DNA from: the human T2T-CHM13v2.0 reference genome, Homo sapiens
DNA length: 64,000 nt
Reading direction: 5' to 3' (one strand)
NCBI RefSeq assembly: GCF_009914755.1
Contig: NC_060931.1
Under the pieces are notes generated by a model. That model was given only the letters and a program-made list of their open reading frames with translations, ran no database searches and was not told where the DNA came from. A program made the position numbers and the translations under genes. This document shows, in pieces, positions 15,643 through 31,114 of this stretch (the first letter of the stretch is position 1; each line of letters begins with the position of its first letter).

Positions 15643-15745
15643 AAAAAAAGGAAGAAGAAGAGAAAAAAGGAGGAGGAGGAGGAGAAAGGAGGAGGAGGAA
15701 GGAGAAGGGGAGGAGAGAAGAAGAGAAGAAGAAGAAGGAAGAAGA
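15643..15745 (+). repeat. 103-nt pure purine (GGA)n/(GAA)n tract grown from the Alu tail
   Basis: No pyrimidine on + between 15643 and 15745. Confidence 0.95.
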
Positions 15746-15769
15746 CAGCTTAGATTGGATGTGTTAAAT

Positions 15770-16310
15770 TAAATCTGGTAACTCCCCTCTATCAAAGATC
15801 CCATTCATTATCCTTAGAATAAAATACCAACACCTTAGAATGGCCTACAGGCCTCTGCATGATCTGGCCTGAGCCAGCCCCTCCTACTGTAGGTCTTGCT
15901 GCTCCTGAGCCTCAAGCATACTTCCCCTCCAGGATCTTAGCACCTGCTCTTCCCTGTCCGGCATACTCCTCTCCAGAACACCCCATTTCTGTTACCTCAC
16001 ATTCAGTTCTCAGTTCAAAAGTTGCTTCTTGAAAGTGATGACATATAAAAGTAGCTCCCCTTCTCCATCTTTACTTTCTGTCTCCTTGGCCTGCTATTTT
16101 TCTTCACAGCCCTATTTACCTAACAGTATATTATGTATCAGTTGCTTGCATCTTTATTGTCTGTTTCTCCCTCTAGAACTGCCTGTTTCTCCCTATAGAA
16201 TGTAAGCTTGTGCTGACTGTAACTGGGTCTATTTTGTTATTGTTTTGCCATCAGACTTATAACAGAGCTGGTTAGTAGATAATCACCAAAGAGTAGTTGA
16301 ATGAATGCAT
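15770..16310 (+). mobile_element. L2 3' portion
   Basis: ttagaataaaat..atggcctacaggcctctgcatgatctggcc...tagaatgtaagct...ttgaatgaatg. Confidence 0.78.
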
Positions 16311-16371
16311 TATATCATTGATTGTATCTGGCCTGAATGAATGCATTATATCATTGATTGTATCTGGCCTG
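16298..16371. repeat. Perfect 36-bp tandem duplication
   Basis: tgaatgaatgcattatatcattgattgtatctggcc twice, plus tg. Confidence 0.98.
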
Positions 16372-16884
16372 CAATTTTGGTGCCGGGTCTGTATGAAACA
16401 GGGGCCTCAATTCTGGCCAGGAGGGAAAAGTTTCAGAGCACTGAGTCCAAGGGGGCAGGCAGAAAACAAGAACGAGATCTGGAGAAAGGACTGCTGAACA
16501 GCGTCAGCAGTTCTGGCAAGGGAACCTGACAGGGCTTCTGAGGAGAAGATTCCATTCGTAGGGCACCTAAGGCCAAACTTAAGGGTAGGCTGGGAACTGC
16601 TGAAGCCAGAACTCAAACTCACTCACTAATTGGATCTGAGTGTTAAGTTATATGAGAAAAACCATTGGGTATAATATTTTAATACATACAAACATTATTA
16701 CTATTAATAATGTTATTAAATACCTGTCAATATTAAATTCCTGTCGATATCTCTACTTCCAGAAACAAAAACACTATATTTTTCTTGAAACACACAGCAC
16801 TATCGTGTTGGTTTTCATTTATCCTCTTTAGAGAGGTATGTGATAAAAGGAAAGTAACAAAGCAAGCTGCCTGTTTGATAGCAA

Positions 16885-17180
16885 TAGGCACAGCATCAGT
16901 CATAAATAGCAGGATGCAATGGGGACTGTGACAAACTGGGGAGTTACGTGTTATCCAAAGATGGCAATGAACACTTATCCAGCTGACTGCTTCTAAGCAG
17001 GAATAAAATCCTCGTGCTTCCAGACCTCAGCAGAAGATAGAATGTGGAATTTTATGTAAAATCTGCCAAGTGTTTAATGTTGACTCAGTAAAAAAAGAAC
17101 AGCAACATGGGGGGCCAAACAAAATATGACAATCTCCAGGTTAAATCCCTGCAACAGCTGTCCAACAGTATTAGTGCCTT
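16885..17180. mobile_element. MER102-like hAT-Charlie fossil
   Basis: ggactgtgacaaactggggag; ttttatgtaaaatct; gggccaaacaaaa. Confidence 0.6.
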
Positions 17181-20100
17181 TGGGCCAATGTTGTCAGGCA
17201 GGCCTCCACGTGCAGCTAGATCTCAGCAGATTACTAATATTATCTCACTCATTTAGACTGCAGCATCATGAGTGCAATATTGAGACTTACTTTGACCAGT
17301 TAACATTACCAGACTAGAACTTTTTACAGATCTGATAAATATAGTTCCCTTTTTGTAGAAAGGTACAAGGAGCAATTAAATGACTTAAAAGAGTAGCAGT
17401 AATGAGACAAGTAATAAAACGAAACCTCTCATTCTTTATTCCATTAACTAGACTTTCATCTGGAGTTCATATGTTTTTATTTTTTAAAAAGTATTATATT
17501 TAAATACACATTTACAAACTGCTCACAACAAAGACCAAAATGAGGACAAAAAATTTAATTTGAGGTTGTTCTAAGCTGATGAACGTGTTCCATACTTCTG
17601 CAAAATATAGAATTATGGGTGTTTTCTAGCCTCAATCTTCACACAAAGTGGAAAAAGGGAAATACATTGCTCACTGCATGAAAACATGGAAAGAGCAATG
17701 CATGGGTAATTTAAATAGTTCCAGAACTTTATAAAACACCGCTAATGATGGCTTGCTAAACTGAAATGTCTCCTTAAGTATTTGCAAGCATTCTCGTTTC
17801 TGAGTTCTGGAAAAATCAAAGTTAGCATATATTACTAAACAATTTACATAATTTCCAGTTAGTACAGTTTGATGTGAGACAAGCTTATTAAATGACCAGT
17901 GCCTAGTCTCTGGCTTTTACTTAATGGTAAATGAAATCCAGGTTAACAATTATGTCAAGGTTGCTCAAAACCATAGTTATTAAATAGGTAATCTAAACAA
18001 ATCAAATAAGTTACTTTGCATTCATTAAAATATTCTCCACAAGACTTTTTTTAATACTCCCATGAATTTATCACCTAGAAACAAGTGTCTCCTAGTATAT
18101 GTTCAAACTTACCAAACAATTCTTTTTGATAATAATTATTCTATTGATTCATGCCATCAACTCTGCTGATAAGACAGACAATGAGTGCTAATAATGTAAC
18201 ACAAACACAAATTGATTGCCCTTTGTAGACTCTGTCTGCACTGAGTTTGCTCAGTGTCATACTGCCAAGAATAAATCAGATGTGATTAACTTTTCTCTCA
18301 CCTTGCAAAATAATAAAACATGTTTATTGAAACTTCAAGATAACATAACATCTATGTGCTAACGTAAAATATTTGTCCACTAACTAGGCTGGTGTTTCAT
18401 TCTTTAGAACATTAATTTTACTCTGCAAATAGTCATTAAGTAATTTTGGTTAAACTTCTCCTTTAAATGTTTTTCCTCAGTTCTTCCAGCTATTTGTTTA
18501 TCAAGCAGTGATAAGCCCTCCTTTTTTGAGTAAAGACATTTCAAGTGCTCTGATTACTAAAGTGTGATATGAAATGCTAGGAACAATAAGAATGCCATGT
18601 TAGGAAAGTAACAGCAATTGTCCTTACCAAACTTGCTTCCTATACTCAGGTATTCATAAATATCTGCTGCCTTCTGAAGTTTCTAAATGTTCTCTTAATC
18701 TTCACGTCCATTAGGTCAGTTTTCAGAATATACTTATATGTTAATATACGTATCCATTACTTGAGCATATTTTATCCAAAAAGCACTTTGATGTGCCCAG
18801 TAGGGGACACAAGAATAAAAAATTACTGTTATCTTCAGACACAAGTATTCTAGTAAGAAAGATAGACATATTCAAAGCAAAATAACAATATTATGACAAA
18901 AAGTAATAATTTGAAACAAATGTAAGATAAACAATCAATTTTGGTTTAGGATCAATTTCCCTACATACTCAAGAGGCAATATTTTTAAAACAAGTTTATA
19001 ACAGTGGAGAACTTACAGCTGCCAAGGTCAGTGAAGAGGTTTAGGGATGATAAAACAAAATTTAGAGTATTTAGAGAACTGTAATTCGTAGGGCATGGCT
19101 GGATCATGGAGCCCAAAGTGAAGGAAGGAGGTAGGAGGTGAGGCTGAAGACAGATTGCAGAAAATAAATGCAAAACTAGGCTGAGAAAGAGTGACTAGCA
19201 CGGTCGAGGGGATCTTAACCTAACACGTGGGGGATGAGTGGTATATAGATAAATAAAGGGTCTTGGTGGCACTCTAGAATCTATGCTTATTTCTAGTACT
19301 GGTCTATGAAATTTGTATACTGAGAAAAACTCATTTTATGTTTCAACCTTGGTAATCCAAGCCCTTTGTCTGAAGCCAAAAAAATTACATAGTTGAAGAC
19401 TTGTGCTTATGTATTAGCTGACCCTCATCTTCCTTATATTTGCCTCCCCTACATATAAAAGCCCACTGCTCCAGTCCTACTAACCCACACAGAGCTTCGA
19501 AAAATCACTTATTCATTTCCATCTGTGTCTTGTAGTGTATGCTGTACCCTTCATCTGAAAACCCCTTCCTTCCTTACTCAATTTATCCACGTCCAATCAC
19601 CCTAGGGCAAGCTCAATCTCACATTTTTTAATCCCTTTTCAAATCAGACTGTTTTACTACAATCTCTCTCTCCTCTAAACTTTAATAATATTTATTTTAA
19701 AAATTTTATTCACGTTTTGAATAATGATGTGAGACGATGTAATTAATTTTTCATGTCTATGTCTTATGCATTCAATTTTCTTAGAAACATTCCTAACTGA
19801 ATGTTTTCAAACATCTAAGAGAAAGAGAAATACTCTAATGTAAGCACAACCAGAAGACGTATGTAATCAACAAAACTGCCAACAATGAACTTCTCGTATC
19901 CTTGCCACTACTGACTATGTGGCTCATCAATTTTCTGTGATCCTTTGCATGTACCCGACCTGTCCAAGGCATGATGATGGAAGCACATGACTCTGTTATA
20001 CTTATAAAGAGATGTTAAAGTTGAACACTTTCATTAAGTTCTGCTTTAACAGGATATACAACTATACAAACAATCTCCTGCAGAAGCTTTATACATGTTG

Positions 20101-21149
20101 CAGCAGAATAATGTAATATGTTTGCTCGGCCACAGAGTTTTCATTCTTTGGCTGCCCTTTGCAACATACCAAAAGTGTCTTGTTTCTTCCACAAACTTGA
20201 ATTACTTACGGAAAAATATAATGACACAATTGGCAGGCTTCTTCCTACTGACTTGGGCTTGCTGGTGGGGTCGTTTGCTAACAGAGCTACCAACCGTGTT
20301 TTAAAAGAAGCACCTACAGGGAACATTAGAACGAGGGTATGAGATTTCTGCCAGTCTCATTTCTTTAAGAACACAGCCATATATTTATGGGGTTGACTGG
20401 GCAACCATACTACTGTAGGGGGAAATAAAGTAGGAAAATCACAGTTGATCCTTCATTGGGAGGACTTCAGAAGCAACATTCTTAACCTTAGAGAAGAGAG
20501 AATACTTTGGATTACTTGGCTGCAGGTGGTTCGGCTACATGAGACGATATTAAACCCTGGAAGTGCAACGAAGAGACAGACACTGCCACTCTTGAGTCAG
20601 AGAGCTGACTTCATGGTGTTTTGCTGGTTGAAGGGTGGAGGGACAGAATCTTCAGGGAGGTACGCTTTTCCAGGAGGAGTTCCAAAGGTCACTCCTACCC
20701 TGCCTCTTTTATTCTCTAAGGATCACTCATCTGACAATTTTTTGATTTAAAGGAGCTGCTCTGGTCTCAACACCAGATGTAAGAAACCACATTATAGAAA
20801 TATTTCTCAAATCCTGACTACTCCCTTTTTTCACGGAGTCTGTTGCAGATGTGTGTTGCTAACCCTGGCTTACTCTACACTGCTTTGGAACAGGAAACAA
20901 ATGGTCATTCTTGAGAGCTAAAAAACAGTGAAAAGTGGGACTGTTAGCAGAATTTTCTAATTTAGCATTGGTTTATTCTGTTTTACTAAAAAGGGTTTAG
21001 TATTCCTACATTTTATGTAGAACAATTGCTGCCTGACATGAATGGTTTTCTCACAGTGATGCTCTGAGTTCTATACACCTGTTAAGGTGCCTTTTAAGTT
21101 GTCACGTGGGTGAAGAGCCTGATGAGAGGTAAGGTCAGAGGTCACTTTG

Positions 21150-21317
21150 CATGAGGAAAAAAAAAATCTCCCTGATTTGTAGCATTTGACAATTTCCATG
21201 GTGTAGATAGTTCCATGATGGCTGATTTCAAGTTACCACTCTAATGTTCTTAATTGAGAAGAGGTGTACATTATCTGCTCTTGTAACCTGGGTCCATGCT
21301 GGCTCCAGCACAGACTG
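21150..21317. mobile_element. MER63-like hAT fossil
   Basis: ccctgatttgtagcatttgacaatttccatggtgta...gctggctccagcacagactg. Confidence 0.72.
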
Positions 21318-21731
21318 CATGAGGCTCTGAGGCCTCAAACCCTGATTCAAGCAGCATGGCTCTCTTTTATCTTTTTAATATCTTTATTTGAAGGGTTTCT
21401 CTTAAGTTTTTTTAGGGGGAACAGAATTTTGTTTAGTTTGCAAATCAACTGCTCCTGTACTAACCCCATTTATATGCTGCTCAAAAGAATCACTGATGAA
21501 AGCACACGTAATCACAACCACCTCTTAATTTTCCATATTAAGATGAGTCTATGACTAGGTCAATTTCAAATAGCAAGTCACTCTCAAAAGTATATTTTTC
21601 TCTGAAAATGCATAAAATATGTTGAGTAAAATAATAACAGCCTTTGATATATAACGGAATTTGAAAGTTGTTCAGCCTCCCCTTCCTTTTCTCTTAAATA
21701 ATCTCTGCTTCTTATCCAGCACTCCCCAGTC

Positions 21732-21896
21732 TTTTTTTGTTTTTGTTTTTGGAGACAAGAGTCTCGCTTTGTCGCCCAGGCTGGAGTGCAGTGGTGTGAT
21801 CTCAGCTCACTGCAAGCTCCCCTCCCGGGTTCACGCCATTCTCCTGCCTCAGCCTCCCAAGTAGCTGGGACTACAGGCGCCCACCACCACACCAGG
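21732..21896 (-). mobile_element. 5'-truncated AluY (right arm only)
   Basis: tgcaagctcc..gggttcacgccatt (Y diagnostic); TSD actccccagtctt / attccccaatctt. Confidence 0.93.
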
Positions 21897-23073
21897 ATTC
21901 CCCAATCTTAAAACGGCTGTATCTGCTGATGCTTTTCCCTGTTTTATACAAGATTAATGTTCTGTCCATCTTCTTTAGAGCTGCGAACATCAAAGAGAGA
22001 TCATCTTAAAGGATAATATAAATTCTGTGACAGGACTTTGTTGTCACTTATAATTAAGAATGACCTAAAAATTTAATCTTTTTATGAATAAGAAGCAATT
22101 CTCATAATTTTTCCAAAGTTAATTAAAGATCAATTGTTCCACACAAAATACATATAAATGATTAAACTTTGAGCTTCCTAGCCAGGAACAAAACTTAAGC
22201 TTTAAAATTTTTGGAATAAAATATGCTCTTTAAAGGCTTAGCAAACTGTATCTTCAATTTTCAAAAAATTAACATTGGTATAATTTAAGAAGAAAATAAA
22301 GGAGCAAACAATATTGCAAATAAACTCTAATAAGAAAAATAAAATGAATCAACAATTAGTAAAAATTATATGGGATAATTATTTGGAAGAATATTAGCAA
22401 AGATAATTTCAAATTCAAGAAAAAAGGAACACCTTGTTTACATAAATGTATCTTTTGATTTTTAAAATAAATTCATTGTTCATATTTATCCATTTTATAA
22501 TTATAGCCCTATTTTATGAAATACAGAGATATAAGATTATATTTCTCTTAATGTTCAATTATATAACATCTCTCGGTGTACTGTCTGACATTTTAGAAAA
22601 AAAAACTAATCAACATTCTAGAAGGCAGCATTATTATAGGCCAGATGAGAAAGAAAGAGTAGGACTGTTATCAATGGACCCTTAGAAAAATTCCGGTTCT
22701 AATATTCCAGTGCACTGTCTGTATCTTCAGCTGGAAAACTGAGTTTTCAATGTATTCCTAATACTACTAATATTGCATGATATGGATATAGCTACCAGCT
22801 TTAATAACAGTACTTCTAGTTCAGACCATTCCTAATTAGAAAGCTGCCTATAGTTAAATAGTTCTAATCTGTGTTACTTCAGTTACAAATATTTTATTTT
22901 AAAAATTACATCTCATTTGTTGTAATTATTTGCTTACACATACATTTTCTTCCTATGAGATATATGTAACACAATTTCTATCTAAATAGATTCCTAGAAA
23001 TGGAACTATCTCTATGTGAAGTATCTCTAAATTATTTCTCACATGGTTATTCCTTAATTAAAACAGATATTCA

Positions 23074-23711
<638 letters not shown>

Positions 23712-24873
23712 TTATCGAACACATGTGAAAAGCTGAAAAACTTTGAAAAAAGGTATTGATACATAAAGCATTACAATACTCAATTCATCCATGGAGTCAG
23801 TAGACAATAAGTTATAGTAAAGTCCTTTTCAATGTTTCCAAAATACAGGACAACTCAAAAAAGTTTCTAACTAGTTCATCTTAGCAGCAAGAAAGTATAC
23901 TGATGATTTTATTTAAAAATATGAATTTGAATTCCAAATCACTATCAATATAACCTATCACAATTTAACTCAAAGAGATGAATCTCATTAATAATTGAAC
24001 ACCATATCTTTTTGTGTTATGATTATTTTAATATGAGAGTGTTCTCACATGGTATCCTGAATACTAGTTGGAGAAGTCTATGTTGTCACGGTTTAGGTAC
24101 TTCCCCTGTTGGTCACAGAACAAAAAATAGGGGCCCAAAAAAAATTCATTAAACCATCTTTAGTCAATGACACCTCATAAAATTTGTTTGAATCTTTAGT
24201 AAGAAATATTTCCATTGTCCTATGGCAGGTTGGCTGAAATCAGTATTTCTCTGACTCACATATTTATTTCAAATTAGACGTCTAATGAAAAAAGGTGCAT
24301 TCCCATAAAAACAAGTAAGATACATTGTTAATCATTAGTATCAATAGGCAGAATGATGATTTTGAATTTTTTGATATTAAAGTTACAGGTACTGGAAAAA
24401 ACAAAACAAGAAAAATCGTTTTATTGAAAACAACATTTTCTTAAGAATTTGATTTTTTTTCTTTGTTCAATTCTTTGTGAGTTAAATCAAGACTACTTAG
24501 AACAGGAGTTAAACTCATCCTTAAAGACATCTTTTTAGACATCTTGTGGGGCAACTGCAAATATTTAAAAACAACTTACTTGTAAATTTCTTTTTCTTTG
24601 AATAGCTCATTGCAGTTTACAATTATACTATGTTTTCCCATTAAAGAAAAAAAACAGCTAAAACCTTTAGATTTTTGCTTTGTAGTTGATTGTCTAATCA
24701 AAGGGACCCATTATCTTCCACAGTGGCTGAGTTACAGCTTAACTCTAAGGAATATGCCTACTATAAAATTAATAAAGAAAAATATGAGCAAGATTAAAAA
24801 AAAGATTTTTTATCTTGAAATACGTACTTTAATTAGCTTGGGCATCCCAGAGAAGTGAGAAAACATTAAACTA

Positions 24874-25580
<707 letters not shown>

Positions 25581-25621
25581 TTACTTCAGAAGTAAAAAGT
25601 ATTTTTACTGAAATGCGTAAT

Positions 25622-25760
25622 TGTTTCCAGCTTTCCTAAGGTATAATTGGTATACAAAAAAATACTGTACACAATTAATTAATGTATACAATGTCGTAAG
25701 TTCAGACATATGTATACACTTGTGTTACTGTCACTACAATCCAGGTGATAAACATTTATT
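25622..25760 (-). mobile_element. L1M 3'UTR terminal fragment
   Basis: cagctttcctaaggtataattggtatacaaaaaa..ctgtacaca..aatgtatacaat. Confidence 0.65.
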
Positions 25761-26112
25761 ACCTCTGATAACAGCAACCAAAAAAATGCCAAAAGTTTTA
25801 TTTGCTCACAAGTGCTCAAATTATTTTATTGAAAAAATCACGTATTTTTTCCTACATTATAATTCATTATTTTGATTTGTTTGATAAAAATATCATGCAA
25901 TCATTACAAATACTCTCTACAAAAGTATTTGGAAAGCATTAGTTTAGCTCCAATATATTTTGGTAATCAGGCAAAAGTAAATAAAATGGAAGGATTACAT
26001 CCCAAATGACATGTAAAATTAAAAGTTGCAGAGAAGAATGCTTTTATAATAATTACTGTTACTCCATGAAGTTTATTGTTTAACTCATAAAATGTAACTG
26101 TTGAATAATTAC

Positions 26113-26182
26113 CTTGATGTTGTAAAAATGCCATACACTAGTGTTGTCCTCGGGTTATCAGTTTCCAGCAGAAACACATCCT
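26113..26182 (-). CDS. SEMA3C: SEMA3C exon 10 (70 nt, (E)DVFLLETDNPRTTLVYGIFTTS)
   Basis: Acceptor ttttatag|AG, donor AAG|gtaatt; phase 1 to 2. Confidence 0.98.
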
Positions 26183-28009
26183 CTATAAAAAGGAAAATAT
26201 TCTTTTAAAGTTTCTAAATATTAACTTCTTTGTTTTGAAAAATTTACCCTAAGAAAATAATTTCAACTCTGAAAAGTACTCTGCAAAAAGATATTCCTGT
26301 ACCATTATGGTAATTTGGAAACAAATAATGATAGAAACACTAAATTAAATTAAATTAATACAGATACTAATGGAATTTATGAAAATTTTGTATCCTTGTG
26401 AAAACCATGCTAGTAAAATAATATTATGGGGAAAAAGTACAATGATATATTACATAATATGGACTAGAACCATATTAACCTTAAAAATATCCATCAGAAT
26501 ATAAGAATAAGATTAACAGTGAGTGTTACAAGAGGCAAAGCTGTAGAAATATTCTGGTGCTTCTTTCTAAATATCCTTTAATGTTAATATATTACTGTTT
26601 TAATTAAAAAAATTACAAATCTCAATTTCTTTTTGATCTAATCTTAGGAGCTGGAAGATGGAATAAAACTTTTTCACGGTAACTCATCTTACCATCAAAT
26701 AGAACTTTTTGTGGCATATGGTCAAAATTGCTAGTGATACTTTTATTTAATGATAGCTCCTCTAACAAAAAGATGTTTAAAGTGTAGTAAGGCAAAAACA
26801 AAAGTATGCACAGTGAAGTGATAAATAACAGAATATGAAAGTAGATTTCTGATAGAAAACTCCAATTAATAATCAATTGCCATGATTATATGAAAGGCCC
26901 AGACATAGTGACAATCTTGCTAACAGAATTATTACTGAGAAACACAAAGAAATATGTATTTATTTTAAATTAAAAATGAATTTAAATGACCTCATAAGCA
27001 ATAAATTTATAACCACTCAAACAACAAATTAACAATCACTAGTCCTTCCATATGTGAATAAAGGCTGACAATGTCTAGCTCTCCCTAAAAAAAAAAGAAA
27101 GACTGAAACATAAAATATATTCCCAAACATTCAGGGGAGTAGAATGAGCAAGTAGCCTGTTTCACAAAATGATACTTAGAACTTTTCTCTAGAAAAGCTT
27201 ATCTAGAAACTTTTGTTCCATAATCAACATAATGGTTTTTGATCAGAAGAACGATATAGTTCATTACTATTAGAATCAGTAAATTTTTTCCACATGGTAA
27301 CACAGATTTATAACTTATCACCTGTCTCAAAATCTGAGAATGACCATTATTTTACCTTCTAATGAATTAAGGTGAAAGAAAAGTCATTTACAAATGACAT
27401 TTAGTAAATATGATGTGCCCTGGGATATTCAGATTAAAAAAATAAAAAAACTGTTCCTTGGCAGAGGGAATCAGACTGTCAGTCCTTATTCGACCTGGAA
27501 AGTGTAAGCCTCCTCATGTCACATTGAGAATATCTAATCTCAGAGTCACCAAGCAGAACTAAGAAGGGAACACAAGTCTCCAAATTTCTACTCTGACACT
27601 TTTTTCCATCCAAACTCTATCCTGTCCATTAGCTACAATAGTAAAAATATATAGCTGTATTTTCACACAAAATCAGAATATTAGATATTCTAATATACAT
27701 GAAATAAATATTCATTTATAAAAACACAAACATATCATTACCTATACACACATTATACAAGTTACACCCCCAAACACACACATTCATTCATATATTATGG
27801 TGAATTCAATGAGCTAAATGTTTCAGCAGTGCACTCATGGGCGTAACAGATTACAAAATACTTAAGAAAATTTATGAACAGTATCTAGATAATTATTTTA
27901 AATTAGCATATTATTTATGCTGAAAATATGGAAAGTACATCTTCTTTTGAGACCTTATTTAAATATATAAACTTTACAAGCCTTCTTTCAGAAGCATTTT
28001 TCAATCTCA

Positions 28010-28135
<126 letters not shown>

Positions 28136-29461
28136 CTAAAACCATTTTGTAAACATAATTCAGATTGCTTAAGTAAATATTGAAGCACATTAAAAATTCG
28201 ACTTGTACTCTAGTTGCTTGGAGGATGAAAATCTGAAGAATGGATATGTTAACCACTTCTGCACATCAGTTGTCAAAGAGGAATATTTATGACTTATAGT
28301 ATTTTATACAATAGTTATACTATTATTCTCTTATAGCATGATGTCAGCTGAAAATACATTTATTTGATAAATGTGTGACATAATTATTTCTAATTTTAAC
28401 GATGTACAATGGAAGTATTTATATAATGTTATAGAAAATAGATCATTTAATCTGCCTTTCCTTGATAATTTATTGTCTTCAATTTGAACATAAATTATTA
28501 TACACAGTGAGTTTTGCAGATTGTGGTCAGGAGAGTGATTATATCTTTACACAAAATGGTCCCCAACAGTTTTACATTCACTCCTTCATTTATCCAAATT
28601 ATCACATAATTTTCAGTATTTCTAATCTGATGCCTAATTATACATTATAAGGAGAAATGGCATTTGGATCATTCACAAATAGTCTCCAGTGAAGACATTT
28701 TCTTCCTGTGTCCAAAGGCCTTTTACCCCTTCTGCTGACTTCGCTGCCTTGTTGCAAATGACTGAGAAACAGTTGAGCTCCATGATCAGTGGAGTATTAT
28801 AATATATAAACTATTTTAAACACTAAGCACTTTAAGAAACATTTTTTCACAAAGGATGCTAATCATAAATAAGTCAGGATAAGTCTGTAAAACTCTATTA
28901 TAGAAAGGACATCACAAATTTTCTTGTGTTGCTATGTATACTTATTGTTTCTACACAAGAGCATTTTGGTTACTGTTTTTAATTAGAATTTTATTAAAGC
29001 TTTTCTTAATTTTCACTATTTATAAATGGTTCCTTAATAATCATCTCTTACTGAGATATTTACTGTATTTTATTGACAACAATCAGTTTCTTTAGGTAAT
29101 ATGCAATTTAGCTATTGGTTTGAATACCAATGCATTAAATGAATATGCAAAAATTTGTCAGAAGTGTTTATTTGTTCAAGAACAAAAACAAAATATTTTC
29201 TTGAATTAAGATTTTTACTAAAATAGGGTATGTTTATCTCATATAACTTATTGAGGGTTAGAATTTGGGTTGGGGTTATAAACACTATATTCAATATAAA
29301 ATGATGAATATTAAATATAATAATGATGATGAATAAATGTTACATTAAATGCTTCCCTCAATATTTTATTTATTTGTAATGGTTGATAATAAAAGCACGG
29401 AGATAAACCATAATTTGAATTTCTTGGTCTTTCTTCAAATCGGAACAGCATTAATACTTAC

Positions 29462-29604
29462 AGGACATATTCGAGCAATCATGGAATGAATCTGTTTCGT
29501 GCTCCTGTTATTGTCAGTCAGTTTTTCTTTGAAGAAGAAGTACACCTTAGCATCATTTGGATCAGTACCATCTGGGATGACATGTGCATCTACAAACATA
29601 GGTT
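29462..29604 (-). CDS. SEMA3C: SEMA3C exon 8 (143 nt, (E)PMFVDAHVIP...MIARICP)
   Basis: Inside ORF 29435..29653; acceptor ttttctag|AA, donor CCT|gtaagt; KVYFFF and ARIC Sema motifs. Confidence 0.98.
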
Positions 29605-30994
29605 CTAGAAAAAAAGGTAAAAGACTAGGTATATATTCATTATGAAAATCCATCTTCTGTCATCCAAGTAGACCACAGGCAGATGCCTTCCCCATCTTTG
29701 GTAGAAAAAAACAATTCAACATTTACAGGCACATTTCTAAAAGCAGTAATTGCATTCACACACCATGCCACATTTGGAATGTCGAGTACCACAGGAAGTG
29801 CAGGAAATGTGAAAATTATTTGTGCACCAATGAGTTTCAAAAAATTGAAAAACTTTTCTACCAGTTATTTCCTAAGGAATCTGATGGCTATTTTATTGAA
29901 AAAAAATATTTATTTTTCAAAGTATGTTTTTCAATCTAGCACATATAAACTCAAATTTGTTGAAGCAGAATGAGGAGTTGGAAGTCCAAACTCTGAAAAA
30001 CATGACTTTTCTTAAAATGCAACATACGAAATGAAGGGGAAACTTTTCAAGGAAAAACAGCGTCATTAGTCATTTGGAGACATACAGGGTTTCCTTATTT
30101 CAAGAACAAAACAACTTTTAGAATATTCTATTTCCAGATGTACTGGAGGAATAATCTGAATAAGTAAATGAACAATCAATGCTTTCTTGTGCTGGCCTAT
30201 CAGCGAAATAGGATGCTTCACTGTGGTGATTCATGCTTAACTCTGCAATGTTAAATGAATTGCCACATTTAGGGTCAGCTAAAAATTTTCTCCAGGGTGA
30301 AATGACAAGAATCTTCGTTTTTTGTTTTTGTTTTTGTTTTTTTAATTGCTCTAAACAACAGCAATTGATTGGAATAATACGGTAAACCAAATGAGCACCT
30401 TTTTTGATGTGAATTCCATATGACTCCAAGAGCTGGAGGCAACTGAATATGGATAATCATAGTTATCATTCCTATGATTTCTACTGAATATTAGTCCATT
30501 TATGAGAAAATACATACCAGTTTTGTAATTTTAGAATCTAAGTATAAAACAAAAAGAGAGGAGGCCCCGGCTATACTCTGTTCATTGCATCTCAATGTCA
30601 TACATTTGGGATAATTTTTAGATTTGGTATTGTTAAAACATACAAGCAGATTAAATGAAGTAAAAAGCATATTTAATTGCAATATGTTACAATTAAACAA
30701 GTGGAGAAGATGCTTGGGTACTGAAATATAAATTATCACTGTCACTTTTATTTATTCATATTCATATGATAACTGTAGGATGATTAATAGAAATAAAGAA
30801 TCGAAATATGGACTATGAGCTATTCAATTGTTTATTTTCCCCGAATATTTTAAATCATAGGGTACAGAATTACCATTATTCATGTAATAGCCTGCTATTT
30901 TAGTTTTTAACCATTTTCCCTAGTTGTTAGGATAGAATTAAATAAGTTAGTTTAACACGATACTAAAAAATAAATGCATCAAATGCTTTCTTAC

Positions 30995-31114
30995 CACTTA
31001 GCCATTTGGAATTATGTTGATCAGTTCTGACCGCATTCCTCTTGGTTAAACTTCGAAAAATAGCAGCATCTGTCCCCATGAAATCTATATACATTCCAGA
31101 GAAAAGCTCCTCAT
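30995..31114 (-). CDS. SEMA3C: SEMA3C exon 7 (120 nt, (N)EELFSGMYIDFMG...HNSKWLS)
   Basis: Acceptor tttcatag|AT, donor GTG|gtaaga; phase 1-1. Confidence 0.98.

Noticed and set aside
16297-16622. ORFs with the repeated peptide NECIISLIVSGL
   Set aside because: Produced by the 36-bp DNA duplication; no supporting gene structure
19965-20050. ATGATGA C-box-like motif suggesting a snoRNA
   Set aside because: Antisense to the host transcript, no suitably placed CTGA D box and no terminal stem
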